NCBI GenBank assembly: GCA_022821775.1
Contig: JAJECY010000247.1
Location: 2,368-66,367 of the forward strand
Direction: 5' to 3'
Length of the DNA: 64,000 nucleotides
From: Acidobacteriota bacterium
Lineage (GTDB): Bacteria > Acidobacteriota > Terriglobia > Versatilivoradales > Versatilivoraceae
Positions within the stretch are counted from its first letter, which is position 1. The number at the start of each line of letters is the position of its first letter. A program made the position numbers and the translations under genes. Positions 55,301 to 64,000 of this stretch are shown piece by piece. Under the pieces are notes generated by a model. That model did no database searches. It was not told where the DNA came from and worked only from the letters and a program-made list of their open reading frames with translations.

Positions 55301-55781
55301 TCACCTGGGGCAGCCGGGGATCCCGGATCGGGCGAAAAGACCAGAACCGGCGGGCCGCTTCCCAGTCGATGCCACCGCCGGGGTCGGAGGCGGCCGCCCC
55401 GGACTCGGGGAAGTGAGCCCCCGACTTCACCCACTGGACCAGGTCGGCGATTTCCCGATCGCTCAGCCGGCCCGTGGGCGGCATCTTGAGTTCGGAGTCT
55501 TCGAAAGAGACGGCACGGATCAGCAGGCTCTCCTCCGGCCTGCCGGGTGCAACGGCGGGGCCGCGGCTGCCTCCCGCCCGCATGGCCTTGGCCGAATCCA
55601 GCCTCAACCCTCCCATGGGACTGGCGGTTTCCCCGCCGTGACAGGCATGGCAGCGTTCGATCAGCAGCGGACGGACCCGCTTCTCGAAAAACTCCGCCTG
55701 GCCGGAGTCCGAGGCTTCCAGCCCGAACGGCGCCGCAAAGACGGCCAGCCAGGCGGCGATAGTGAGCCGATGGAACGACAT
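52398..55781 (-). CDS. PSCyt1 / DUF1549 / DUF1553 domain protein (1127 aa, with insert)
   Basis: ATG 55781, signal peptide, CHACHG haem motif, [25 protein letters not shown] (DUF1549), and a C-terminal DUF1553-type region. Confidence 0.9.
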   Translation of the reverse strand: [1127 protein letters not shown]

Positions 55782-55970
55782 GCCGAGGGTTCCCCGTGGG
55801 AGAAGGCGCTCGCGAGTCCCCGACTCTCCGGCGCCTCATGCATAGTCTAACCAAGCCCCTTCAAGGGCTCAAGGCCACTTTTCGGCCGGTCGCGGGCTGC
55901 TTGACTCGCGGGACGGCCGTTCCTAGAATCCCGGGGCTGATGGCCTCAAGCCCGGATTGGAGTTGAGCAC

Positions 55971-57488
55971 TTGGGATTCCTGCACCCCCTGGACTGGACC
56001 CTCTTTGGCGGCTACCTGGTGGCGGTGCTGGCCCTGGGCCTGTGGTTCGCCCGCGAGCAGCACTCCAACGAGGACTTTTTCCTGGGGGGGCGGAAGATGT
56101 CCTGGCTGCCGGTGGGCCTCTCCATGTTCGCCTCCATCTTCAGCTCCAACTCCTTCGTGGGCCTTCCCACCCAGGCTGCCTTCGGCAACTACCACATCTA
56201 TTTCGCCATCATCAGCATCCCGCTGCTGGTAGTGCCGGTGGTGGGGTGGGTCTTCGTGCCCCTGTTCCACCGCCTGGGCGTGACCAGCGCCTACGAATAC
56301 CTGGAGCTGCGCTTCAACCGGCCCATCCGGCTGATCGGCAGCTCGCTGTTCATGATCTACACCTTCGCCTGGATGGGGAACCTGCTCTACGCCGTCAGCC
56401 ACGTCATCGAACCGGTGCTGGGTCTGAGCACGGACGACCTTGCCACCACGGCCTGGCTGCTGGTGGGCATCGGCGCCTTCGCCACCCTGTATACGGCCCT
56501 GGGAGGGTTCAAGGCCGTGATCTGGACCGACATCTTCCAAGCCGTGGCTCTGGGCGGCGGCATGCTGGCCGTACTGCTGCTGGCGCTGGGACGGATCGAG
56601 GGAGGCTGGGCCGGAATGATCGAGATGGGGCAGGCCCACGGCAAGTTCGAGATGTTCGACTTTCGCTTCGACATGTCCCCGGGCGTGGACAACGTCTACT
56701 CCTCCCTGGCCATCGGCCTGTTCGCCTTCTTCCCCTGGTACGCCGTGACCCTGACGGCGGTGCAGCGCTACGTGTCCATGCCCACGCCAAGAGCGGCCCA
56801 GCGCTCCCTGATCGTCAACGGAGTGATGTCGGGGGCCGTATGCCTGATCTTCTTCCTGGTAGGCTCCACCCTCTACGCCTTCTACCACCAGGACGTCCCG
56901 GCCGCCGCCGCCGCGGGGTTCCCCCCGCTCCATCAGAACCAGATCCTGCCCAACTTCGTGCTGACCGAGATCGCCCAGGTGGGCTTGCTGGGCCTGTTGC
57001 TGTCGGGCTTGTTCGCGGCGGCCATGAGCAGCATCGACAGCGGCATCAACGCCCTGACCGCCACCGTGGTCTGCGACTGGATGTCCAACCGCCAACTCAA
57101 GGTGGGGTTCAGCCGGCTGCTCTGCGCTGTGTTCGGCGCCGGCGGAATCCTGGCGGCAGTCTTGATCCTCTACCAGCAGTCCGAGGTCTACCAGCTCATC
57201 ATCAGCCTCTCGGGGACCTTTCTGGGCCTGCTGCTGGGCATCTTCCTGCTGGGGATGCTCTCCAAGCGGGCCAATGCGCCGGGCGTGCTGATCGGCCTGG
57301 CAGCGGGCTCCCTGACCCTGGCATTCGCCTGGACCCACGTCGGCGGCCAGTGGTACGGCGCCTTCACCTGCCTGCCCACGGTGGCGGTGGGCTGGCTGGC
57401 CAGCCGCTATTTCGAGGCGCCGCCGCCGGCCAAGTTGAAGGGGCTGGTGGTGGGCCAACACCGGCAAACGGAAGACTCTCTGGATTAA
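55971..57488 (+). CDS. sodium:solute symporter (SSS) family transporter
   Basis: 505 aa, SSS signature region (EDFFLGGRKMSWLPVGLSMFASIFSSNSFVGLP), 13+ TM-like hydrophobic stretches. Confidence 0.88.
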   Translation: MGFLHPLDWTLFGGYLVAVLALGLWFAREQHSNEDFFLGGRKMSWLPVGLSMFASIFSSNSFVGLPTQAAFGNYHIYFAIISIPLLVVPVVGWVFVPLFHRLGVTSAYEYLELRFNRPIRLIGSSLFMIYTFAWMGNLLYAVSHVIEPVLGLSTDDLATTAWLLVGIGAFATLYTALGGFKAVIWTDIFQAVALGGGMLAVLLLALGRIEGGWAGMIEMGQAHGKFEMFDFRFDMSPGVDNVYSSLAIGLFAFFPWYAVTLTAVQRYVSMPTPRAAQRSLIVNGVMSGAVCLIFFLVGSTLYAFYHQDVPAAAAAGFPPLHQNQILPNFVLTEIAQVGLLGLLLSGLFAAAMSSIDSGINALTATVVCDWMSNRQLKVGFSRLLCAVFGAGGILAAVLILYQQSEVYQLIISLSGTFLGLLLGIFLLGMLSKRANAPGVLIGLAAGSLTLAFAWTHVGGQWYGAFTCLPTVAVGWLASRYFEAPPPAKLKGLVVGQHRQTEDSLD

Positions 57489-57937
57489 TCGTCGGGTTCC
57501 CAGGCTACATGCTGATGGCTATTGCCGCCTTCAGCAACGATCCCGGCCAACGACCGGCAGACGAGGGTGGGAGTGATAGAATGAGCAACTGGGAAGAGCC
57601 TCGCCACTCCGAGTCAGGACGTCGGTTCAGCCAAAGGGAGTTCAACATCGCCGAAGAACTGCGGCGTTCTCTTGCCGAGGTCGGTGTCGGCGGATAATCG
57701 TTGCGCCTGTCAGAGTTTGCCTTCAGAGACGAGTTGGCCGAATGACCTATGACTTCGCACTGACTCCCAAGCGAAGACGAACCACTTATGGACACGGAGA
57801 GACACCAAGACGGATGGACCTCCTTTGAAGACTAGCGGTGCCACAATGCTTCTGCGATTTCGTGTTCTTGCTGTGAATTCGTGCCCTCGGTGGGTAACTT
57901 CCTCAATCGGTTTCAGATAACTATTCGATGCATGTGA

Positions 57938-58804
57938 ATTGGCCAACTTCCAGATGTATCCTCTAGTACATCGAGAGATTGCACGACTGAAGAGCATTTG
58001 ATTCCCGCTTGCCTTGGCGGCAAACTCTCTGCGAAGTTCCTCTGCAAAAACTGCAACTCAACGTTGGGGCACCGCGAGGAAAGTCGTGTCCGTAAAGACC
58101 CGATGATTGTCGCAGGGATTGAGCGTCTGGCCAGAAAGCGCCTGGACTTGGCCGATGGCTTGCGGAAGCGGTTGTCGTACACCGGCCACAGCCAACGAGG
58201 CGAGGTCCGTGGCTTTATGCGAAGTGGAGAGTTCATTGTGAGCGAACAACCTCAGGACGATGGATCGCTTATCGTGCAAGAGGACAAGGCACTGGAGGTT
58301 GTAAAAACCATAGCCGTGCGCAAAGGTATGGGGTCATTGATCCATGGCGCTGACGATTTGAGCCACCTATCGCCCGGCGAATCGGTTGAATTCGCCCCCG
58401 GAATCTGGATTACGAAGTGGGCTGTGGACTCAGTTGAACCCGATCTCAGCGGACTGGAGATTGATGCGGTTGTTCCAGCAAAGATTGCATTCGAGTTTCT
58501 TGCACTACATTGCGGCGATGACATTTACGGGGACTCCCCGCAGATCAAGTCAATTCGGCGCCAGCTTCTTGCCGGTGAACTGTCCGAAAATAATGTCAAC
58601 GTGGAGCGTCTGATGGCACAGAACAATCGTCTGTTCCATGGTCTGGTCTTTGAGGGAAACAACCCGGGAGCGTGCGTTCAGATTAGGCTCTTCGGACGCC
58701 TAGCCTTCCGCGTACAGTTTCGCTGCTTTGCTATTCGTTGCACTCGTGTGAGTTATACTCACGACCTGCTGTCTGGAGATGATGACCTACACGCTGTCTC
58801 ATAG
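57938..58804 (+). pseudogene. HNH-endonuclease-motif protein with degenerate N-terminus (no ATG/GTG start; low GC)
   Basis: After the stop at 57935-57937, the frame reads ...SRDCTTEEHLIPACLGGKLSAKFLCKNCNSTLGH. This matches the HNH core (EH-LIP-x3-GG-x6-LCxxCN-x3-G) but has only one upstream Cys. The only start candidate is TTG at 57998, which lies inside the motif. Region GC is well below the flanks. Confidence 0.4.
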
Positions 58805-58956
58805 GACAAAACCTTCGAACAGATCTTCCCCGGTGACCTGTTGAAACGTGCCCCTTACGAGATCGAGTGCGTTGGAATAGGCACTTTCAATACAACGCCG
58901 GTTGCCTGGCCAAGAAGAATGGATCCTTAAAACAGCATCGGATGCAGGAGGCAGAA

Positions 58957-59193
58957 ATGGATTCTGAACTCATTCAATCGGACCCCTCAGTCATGATGGG
59001 GAAGCCCGTCGTCGCAGGCACACGCATTACCGTCGAGTTGATTCTGGAAAAACTCTCTGCAGGGGAAACAGTCGACCAAATCCTAGAGGCTCATCCCCGT
59101 TTGACTCGGGAAGGCATTTTGGCAGCCTTGAATTTTGCCGCTCGAGCTCTGCGCGCCGATGTTGTGTATCCTACCGTTGAGCAAAGTCCATGA
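58957..59193 (+). CDS. DUF433 domain protein (antitoxin-like partner of DUF5615)
   Basis: GKPVVAGTRITVELILEKLSAGETVDQILEAHPRLTREGILAALNFA matches DUF433. AGGAGG lies 5 nt upstream of ATG 58957. The stop overlaps the next start (ATGA 59190-59193). Confidence 0.75.
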   Translation: MDSELIQSDPSVMMGKPVVAGTRITVELILEKLSAGETVDQILEAHPRLTREGILAALNFAARALRADVVYPTVEQSP

Positions 59194-59555
59194 ACCTGCT
59201 GGCAGACGAAAGTGTGGATAAACCCATCGTTGACCGCTTGCGGCAGGATAGCCACACCGTGAAATACATTGCGGAAGTGCACCCCAGTATCGATGACGAT
59301 ACCGTGCTGCATCAAGCGAACCAGAACAACGCCTTGCTGATTACGTCGGATAAAGACTTCGGCGAGCTTATTTTTCGTATGGGACAGATCCACTCGGGCG
59401 TTGTGCTCGTGCGTTTAACGGGGCGATCCGCGGAAATAAAAGCACGGGTCGTATCGACTGTAATTGCCGACCGAGGCCACGAACTGCTCTCTTCTTTCAC
59501 GGTCATTTCACCAGGAAGAGTACGGATTCGCCACCGAGCAAACCAACCTGACTGA
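59190..59555 (+). CDS. DUF5615 (PIN-like) putative toxin
   Basis: MNLLADESVDKPIVDRLRQDSHTV...ALLITSDKDFGELIFRMGQIHSGVVLVRL matches the DUF5615 pattern. Coupled to the DUF433 gene. Confidence 0.75.
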   Translation: MNLLADESVDKPIVDRLRQDSHTVKYIAEVHPSIDDDTVLHQANQNNALLITSDKDFGELIFRMGQIHSGVVLVRLTGRSAEIKARVVSTVIADRGHELLSSFTVISPGRVRIRHRANQPD

Positions 59556-59828
59556 GATAAGGGATGAATTCGGTTCGAAAGACCACCAGGAAGCGAAGCA
59601 GACGGCCTCAAGCGTGTCAAACCGGAAATTCAGGTTGGGTTGGAATGGAAGGCAACCACAGAGCAGCCGCGCGCCGCTCGGCCTTCAAAGCCCGCGCCTA
59701 CCGCTTGACGTTGTTTTTACGGGATTGGGGTACGTCTCTTCGTGCGGCTCCAACACTCGAAGCCATTCAGCCTCGTCCCTCTTTTCCCGTGGTCGGGCCA
59801 AAAGACAACATTCCAAGGAGGCAGACTC

Positions 59829-60812
59829 GTGCGCAAGATCTATTTCGATGAAGACGTTGACCTGGCCCCCTTGAAAGGCCGCCTCATCGGCGTGATCGGA
59901 TACGGCAACCAGGGGAGCGCCCAGGCCCGCAACCTGCGGGACAGCGGGCTGGATGTGATCGTGGGCAACCGACGGGATGCCTACTACCAGGAGGCCCAGC
60001 GAGACGGGTTTCCGGTCTTCTCCATCGCTCAGGCGACCTCCAGGGCCGACCTGGTCCTGGTGGGCATTCCGGACGAAATCCAGCAGCAGGTCTACGAGCG
60101 GCACATGCAAAAGCACATCCGCGGCGGGCAGGTGCTGGACTTCGCCAGCAGCTACGGCTACCGCTTCAAGTGCATCCAGCCTCCCCCCGACGTCGACGTG
60201 GTGATGATGTCTCCCCGCGCCATGGGCGTCACCGTGCGCGAGCTGTTCCTGAAGGGAAAGGGCGTTCCGGCCTTCGTGGCCGTGGGCCACGACGCCTCCG
60301 GCCAGGCCCGCCAAATCGCGCTGGCGCTGGCCAAGGGGGTGGGGTGCACCCGCGCCGGGGTTCTGGAGTGCACCTTCCAGGACGAAGCCGACGTGAACCT
60401 CTTCGGCGAGCAGGCCCTGTGGCCGCTCTTCAACCAGGCCCTGCTGCTCTCCTACGAGGTGCTGGTGGAGGCGGGAGTGCCTCCCGAGCTGGTCGCCCTG
60501 GAGTTTTACGCCTCCGGAGAGGCCGGAGAGATCTTCCACAAGATGGCGGTCGAGGGCATGTTCGAGCAGACCCGCTATCACTCGCCCACCTCCCAGTATG
60601 GAACGCTGACCCGGCACGAAAAGCTCCCCGCCGAAGAAGTCAAGCAGCGCATGAAAGACACCCTGAGGGACATCCGCAACGGGCGTTTCGCCCAGGAGTG
60701 GGCCCAAGAGCAGGCCGACGGCTACCCCAATCTCAAGAGGCTGCGGCGGCAGGCCTTCCGTCATCCCGTGAATCGGGTCGAGAAGAACATTCGGCCCCTG
60801 ACGCCGCGCTGA
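59829..60812 (+). CDS. ilvC: ketol-acid reductoisomerase (class I KARI)
   Basis: GTG 59829 with AGGAGG at 59815-59820. GVIGYGNQGSAQARNLRDSG Rossmann motif and conserved KARI C-terminal domain. Confidence 0.9.
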   Translation: MRKIYFDEDVDLAPLKGRLIGVIGYGNQGSAQARNLRDSGLDVIVGNRRDAYYQEAQRDGFPVFSIAQATSRADLVLVGIPDEIQQQVYERHMQKHIRGGQVLDFASSYGYRFKCIQPPPDVDVVMMSPRAMGVTVRELFLKGKGVPAFVAVGHDASGQARQIALALAKGVGCTRAGVLECTFQDEADVNLFGEQALWPLFNQALLLSYEVLVEAGVPPELVALEFYASGEAGEIFHKMAVEGMFEQTRYHSPTSQYGTLTRHEKLPAEEVKQRMKDTLRDIRNGRFAQEWAQEQADGYPNLKRLRRQAFRHPVNRVEKNIRPLTPR

Positions 60813-60819
60813 CCTGCCA

Positions 60820-61815
60820 ATGATGCATGCGACCGGGCGCAGAACCTTGCGGGCCCTGCTGATGCTGCTGGGTCTGGGCCTGGCGGCCTACCTCGTCTAT
60901 CGGCTCGGTCCCGGCCGGATTCTCTCCCTGCTGCTCCAGATCGGTTGGCACCTGGCGGCCCTGGCGGGCATTCACGCCCTCTACCAGGGCGTGCGCGCGG
61001 CAGCTCTCTCCCGTTGTCTGCTCGGAATCCAGGTGTCCTATCGTGATGTCCTTTGGATTCGAATCACGGGCGAAGCCGTGCGGGTCCTGACCTCCACCGG
61101 GCCATTGCTGGCGGAGCCTGCCAAGGCCTGGCTGCTCAAGCGGAGAGGGTTGGCCCTCCACCAGGCCTTCGCCTCCACCCTGTCCGAAATCCTCTTCTAC
61201 AATCTCAGCGCGGCGGCCATTGCCGCCGCAGGGTTTGCCGCCCTGGCCCTCCAGGTTCCCCTGGAGCCCTCCCTGCGGGCGTCGGTCTGGACCGCCGTGC
61301 TCCTCCTCGGCGGCATCCTGCTGGTGGCTGTAGTCGCTTTCGCCCGCCGGTCCTATCTCTTTCATTCCATTCTCAAGCGGCTCAGTCGGCGACCCTGGCT
61401 CTCAAGCCGGATTACGCCCCACCTGGAACGGGTTAGGCAGATGGAGGAGGTCCTCTTCAGGGTGGTCTATGACCGGCCGGGCCGGTTCCTGATGGTTGTG
61501 GCGCTGGAAACAGCCGCCCACCTGCTGCTGATACTGGAGGTGTACTGGGTGCTGGCGGTGCTGGGGGATCCCCCGCCCCTGCTCCATCCCCTGTTGATCG
61601 AAACCGCCAGCAAGTTCATCAGCCTCCTCTTTCTGTTCGTTCCCATGCAGTTGGGGGTGGCCGAGGGAGCCTACGCCCTGGTGCTCGCCCTACTGGGTCT
61701 TCCCGCCGCCGTGGGCGTGACCCTCTCCCTGGTCCGCCGCCTGCGCAGCCTGCTGGTTGCCGGAGTGGGCCTGCTCTGCTGGTGGGTCCTGAGCCGGAGG
61801 GAGCCCCGGGCGTGA
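60820..61815 (+). CDS. lysylphosphatidylglycerol-synthase-TM-like (UPF0104/flippase-like) membrane protein
   Basis: 331 aa, about 8 TM segments, Arg-rich loops. Pattern consistent with LPG_synthase_TM family. Name assignment is from memory. Confidence 0.6.
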   Translation: MMHATGRRTLRALLMLLGLGLAAYLVYRLGPGRILSLLLQIGWHLAALAGIHALYQGVRAAALSRCLLGIQVSYRDVLWIRITGEAVRVLTSTGPLLAEPAKAWLLKRRGLALHQAFASTLSEILFYNLSAAAIAAAGFAALALQVPLEPSLRASVWTAVLLLGGILLVAVVAFARRSYLFHSILKRLSRRPWLSSRITPHLERVRQMEEVLFRVVYDRPGRFLMVVALETAAHLLLILEVYWVLAVLGDPPPLLHPLLIETASKFISLLFLFVPMQLGVAEGAYALVLALLGLPAAVGVTLSLVRRLRSLLVAGVGLLCWWVLSRREPRA

Positions 61816-62091
61816 CCGCAGGGGCGGGTGGGCCCCGCGTTGCCGCGGCCGCGTTGGTAGAGAATCAATGGCTGCGTGTCCGGAGTAATCAGAAAGAATT
61901 GCAAAGCAGCAGCACACACTCAGTTGCGGATAACGTAGAATTTGGGCGCGAAGGTGACCCATCTGTCTTCTTGTCTATTTGTGTTTATTCGTGTCTATTC
62001 GTGGTTCGTCTTTAGTTAACGATCGGCTGTACTTCCTCGAATGCTCCGCACCGCAGGGCGGGGACCCAGCTAACCTGGAGAACAATCATCC

Positions 62092-63048
62092 ATGGATTTC
62101 GATAATGCCCGGCAACGCTTGTCCGGCTGCTACGTTACCGTCCCCACGCTGTTCCACGACGACGCCGAGCTGTCGTTGAACCTTGAAGGAATCCGCCAGC
62201 ACGTGGCTTTCCTGCTGGGGGGAGGGCTGGAAAGCGGCAACGCCGTCTTCCTGGCAGGCGGCGCTGCCGGCGACTTCTCGACCATGACCTTCGAGGAGCG
62301 GGTGGCCGTGGCCGGAGCCGTGGTGGAGGCGGTGGGGGGGCGCGCCCCGGTGGCCATGGGCGCCCAGACCACCAGCACGGCCGAGCTTTGCCGCCTGGCC
62401 AGGGCCGCCCGGGACCTGGGGGCCCACTACATCCAGGTCTCCTGTCCCTATTACTTTCGCCATTCCGAAGAAGACTTCTACGAGTACGTGGTGGCGGCCG
62501 CCGAAGCCAGCGATATCGGCATCATCGTCTACAACACCTTCTGGACCAGCACCGGGGTGACTCTGGGCCTGGTCGGCCGCCTGGCCGAAATACCCAACGT
62601 GGTGGGCCTCAAGTGGGCTACGCCCTTCCCCGGCTGGATGACCTTCGAGCAAGTGGTGGAAGCCTACGGACGGCGGTTTTCGGTGATCGACAACCAGATG
62701 CATTTCGTGACCAGCCACATGCTGGGGGCCCGGGGCTTCGAGGTCCACGTCTGCAACTACTGGCCCGAGTGGGGAGTCCAACTGGTCGAACAACTGAACC
62801 GGAAGGACTACCCGCGGGTTCAGGCCATGTTGACCCGGACGGCGCAACCCTTCATGAAGCTCTGGTCGCAGATCGAGCAGGAGTACACCTCGGGCGACGG
62901 CTACCTGGACAAGCTGTGCATGGAGCTGGTGGGCCTGCCCTCCAGCCGCTGCCGCCCTCCCACCCGGGACGTCCGGGAGCGCTACCGGGAGGACGCGCGC
63001 GGCATGCTCCTCCAGGCCGGAGTTCCCCGCGTGCAGGGATCCGCCTGA
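62092..63048 (+). CDS. dihydrodipicolinate synthase (DapA/NAL) family class I aldolase
   Basis: 318 aa. TPF-type N-terminus (VTVPTLFHDD), a GGAAGDFSTMTFEER block, and KW (Schiff-base lysine context VVGLKWATP). Confidence 0.82.
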   Translation: MDFDNARQRLSGCYVTVPTLFHDDAELSLNLEGIRQHVAFLLGGGLESGNAVFLAGGAAGDFSTMTFEERVAVAGAVVEAVGGRAPVAMGAQTTSTAELCRLARAARDLGAHYIQVSCPYYFRHSEEDFYEYVVAAAEASDIGIIVYNTFWTSTGVTLGLVGRLAEIPNVVGLKWATPFPGWMTFEQVVEAYGRRFSVIDNQMHFVTSHMLGARGFEVHVCNYWPEWGVQLVEQLNRKDYPRVQAMLTRTAQPFMKLWSQIEQEYTSGDGYLDKLCMELVGLPSSRCRPPTRDVRERYREDARGMLLQAGVPRVQGSA

Positions 63049-63171
63049 ACGCCGGCAGGCATGCCGCCCGGGAGAGAAGCCTTCCGGCAGCTTCCTTTGC
63101 GGAAGCCATTCAGGAACAAAAACTGCTAGGATTGGCCCCGAAACAAAGAACTGCGCCAAGGAGAGGAAACG

Positions 63172-64000
63172 ATGGGGGAAGCCTGGACTCGCAGCCAAAA
63201 CGAGGTGCTGGCCACGCTGCAGGACGTGGTGGCCATTGATAGCGTCAATCCCGGATTGCCCGGCGGCCAGCGGGGCGAATCGGGGATGGTGGAATACCTC
63301 TCCGATTTTTTCCGCGCGGCCGGCATGGGGCACGAAACCCGGGAGGTCCTGCCGGGGCGCAGCAACTTTATCGGCACCCTGGAGGGCCGGGACCCCCAGC
63401 GAGTGCTCCTGTTCGAGTGCCACATGGACACCGCCTCGGTGGGAGTCATGACCATCCCCCCCTTCGAACCCCACATCCGGGACGGCCTCCTCTACGGGCG
63501 GGGCTCCTGCGACACCAAGGCCGGCGGCGTGGCCATGATCCACGCCATGAAACGCCTCAAGGAATCGGGCAGGGTTCCCCCCTGCACCATTCAGTTTGCC
63601 GGCGCGGTGGACGAGGAACATCTCTTCCGAGGCGCCTTGAGCCTGGCAGCCACCGTGAAATCGGAGGCGGTGGTGGTGGCGGAGCCCACCGACCTGGCGG
63701 TGATTCGCGCCCACAAGGGATTGGCCCGCTTTCGCATCCGGGTCGAGGGAGTGGCGGCCCACAGTTCCAAGCCCTACCTGGGGATCAACGCCATCGTCAA
63801 GATGGCACGGCTGATCACCGGCATCGAGAGAGAGATCCTTCCCGGCCTGCAGCGGAAAGACCACCCCCTGACCGGAGGCCCCACGCTCAATATCGGAGTG
63901 ATCCACGGGGGCGCCCAGGTGAATTTCGTGCCTCACGAGTGCGTGGTGGAGGTGGACCGCCGCACCATTCCGGGGGAGTCCCCCCAGGAAACGCTGGCGG
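63172..64000 (+). CDS. M20 family metallopeptidase (ArgE/DapE-like deacylase), 3'-truncated by the window end
   Basis: Not in the track because it runs off the window. ATG 63172 with AAGGAGAGG upstream. HMDT..., GRGSCDTKAG, DEE metal-ligand motifs. Confidence 0.8.
   Translation, partial: MGEAWTRSQNEVLATLQDVVAIDSVNPGLPGGQRGESGMVEYLSDFFRAAGMGHETREVLPGRSNFIGTLEGRDPQRVLLFECHMDTASVGVMTIPPFEPHIRDGLLYGRGSCDTKAGGVAMIHAMKRLKESGRVPPCTIQFAGAVDEEHLFRGALSLAATVKSEAVVVAEPTDLAVIRAHKGLARFRIRVEGVAAHSSKPYLGINAIVKMARLITGIEREILPGLQRKDHPLTGGPTLNIGVIHGGAQVNFVPHECVVEVDRRTIPGESPQETLA

Noticed and set aside
1-64000. tRNA/rRNA genes
   Set aside because: No cloverleaf-like or rRNA-like stretches noticed in intergenic regions. 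Cannot be fully excluded without a dedicated scan.

Overview
This 64-kb window comes from a high-GC bacterial chromosome, roughly two-thirds G+C by eye. It carries three paralogous PSCyt/DUF1549/DUF1553 + DUF1501 gene pairs, TAT-signal secreted proteins and a carboxypeptidase-regulatory-domain TonB-dependent receptor, which suggests the Planctomycetes/Verrucomicrobia/Chlamydiae (PVC) group or Acidobacteria. Most of the window is ordinary metabolic and transport genes: Nramp, ChrA, two SSS symporters, MscS, Ldh_2, RraA, PhyH, FGGY kinase, an esterase, IlvC, a DHDPS-family protein and an M20 peptidase. The six-frame track is full of GC-rich shadow ORFs on the opposite strand of real genes, and it omits two genes that run off the window edges (1..2778 on the minus strand and 63172..64000 on the plus strand). 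Three visibly lower-GC islets stand out. (1) At 26.34-32.35 kb there is a gap-free, same-strand cluster: an unknown 395-aa protein, a NurA-like nuclease split by one in-frame TAA, a HerA-like Walker A/B ATPase, and an AlbA_2 + HATPase_c_4 protein. I read this as a candidate horizontally acquired, so far undescribed defence-type NurA/HerA module. (2) At 40.86-41.58 kb a retropepsin-like DTGA aspartic protease is translationally coupled to a 77-aa partner. (3) At 57.5-59.6 kb an N-terminally degenerate HNH-nuclease gene sits next to a DUF433/DUF5615 toxin-antitoxin pair. Non-coding signals include a perfect 30-bp AT-rich inverted repeat (MITE-like, 13088-13203) whose arm 14-mer recurs inside the NurA/HerA island, and a GC-rich hairpin-bearing repeat family at three intergenic loci. 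No rRNA, tRNA or CRISPR array was recognised.
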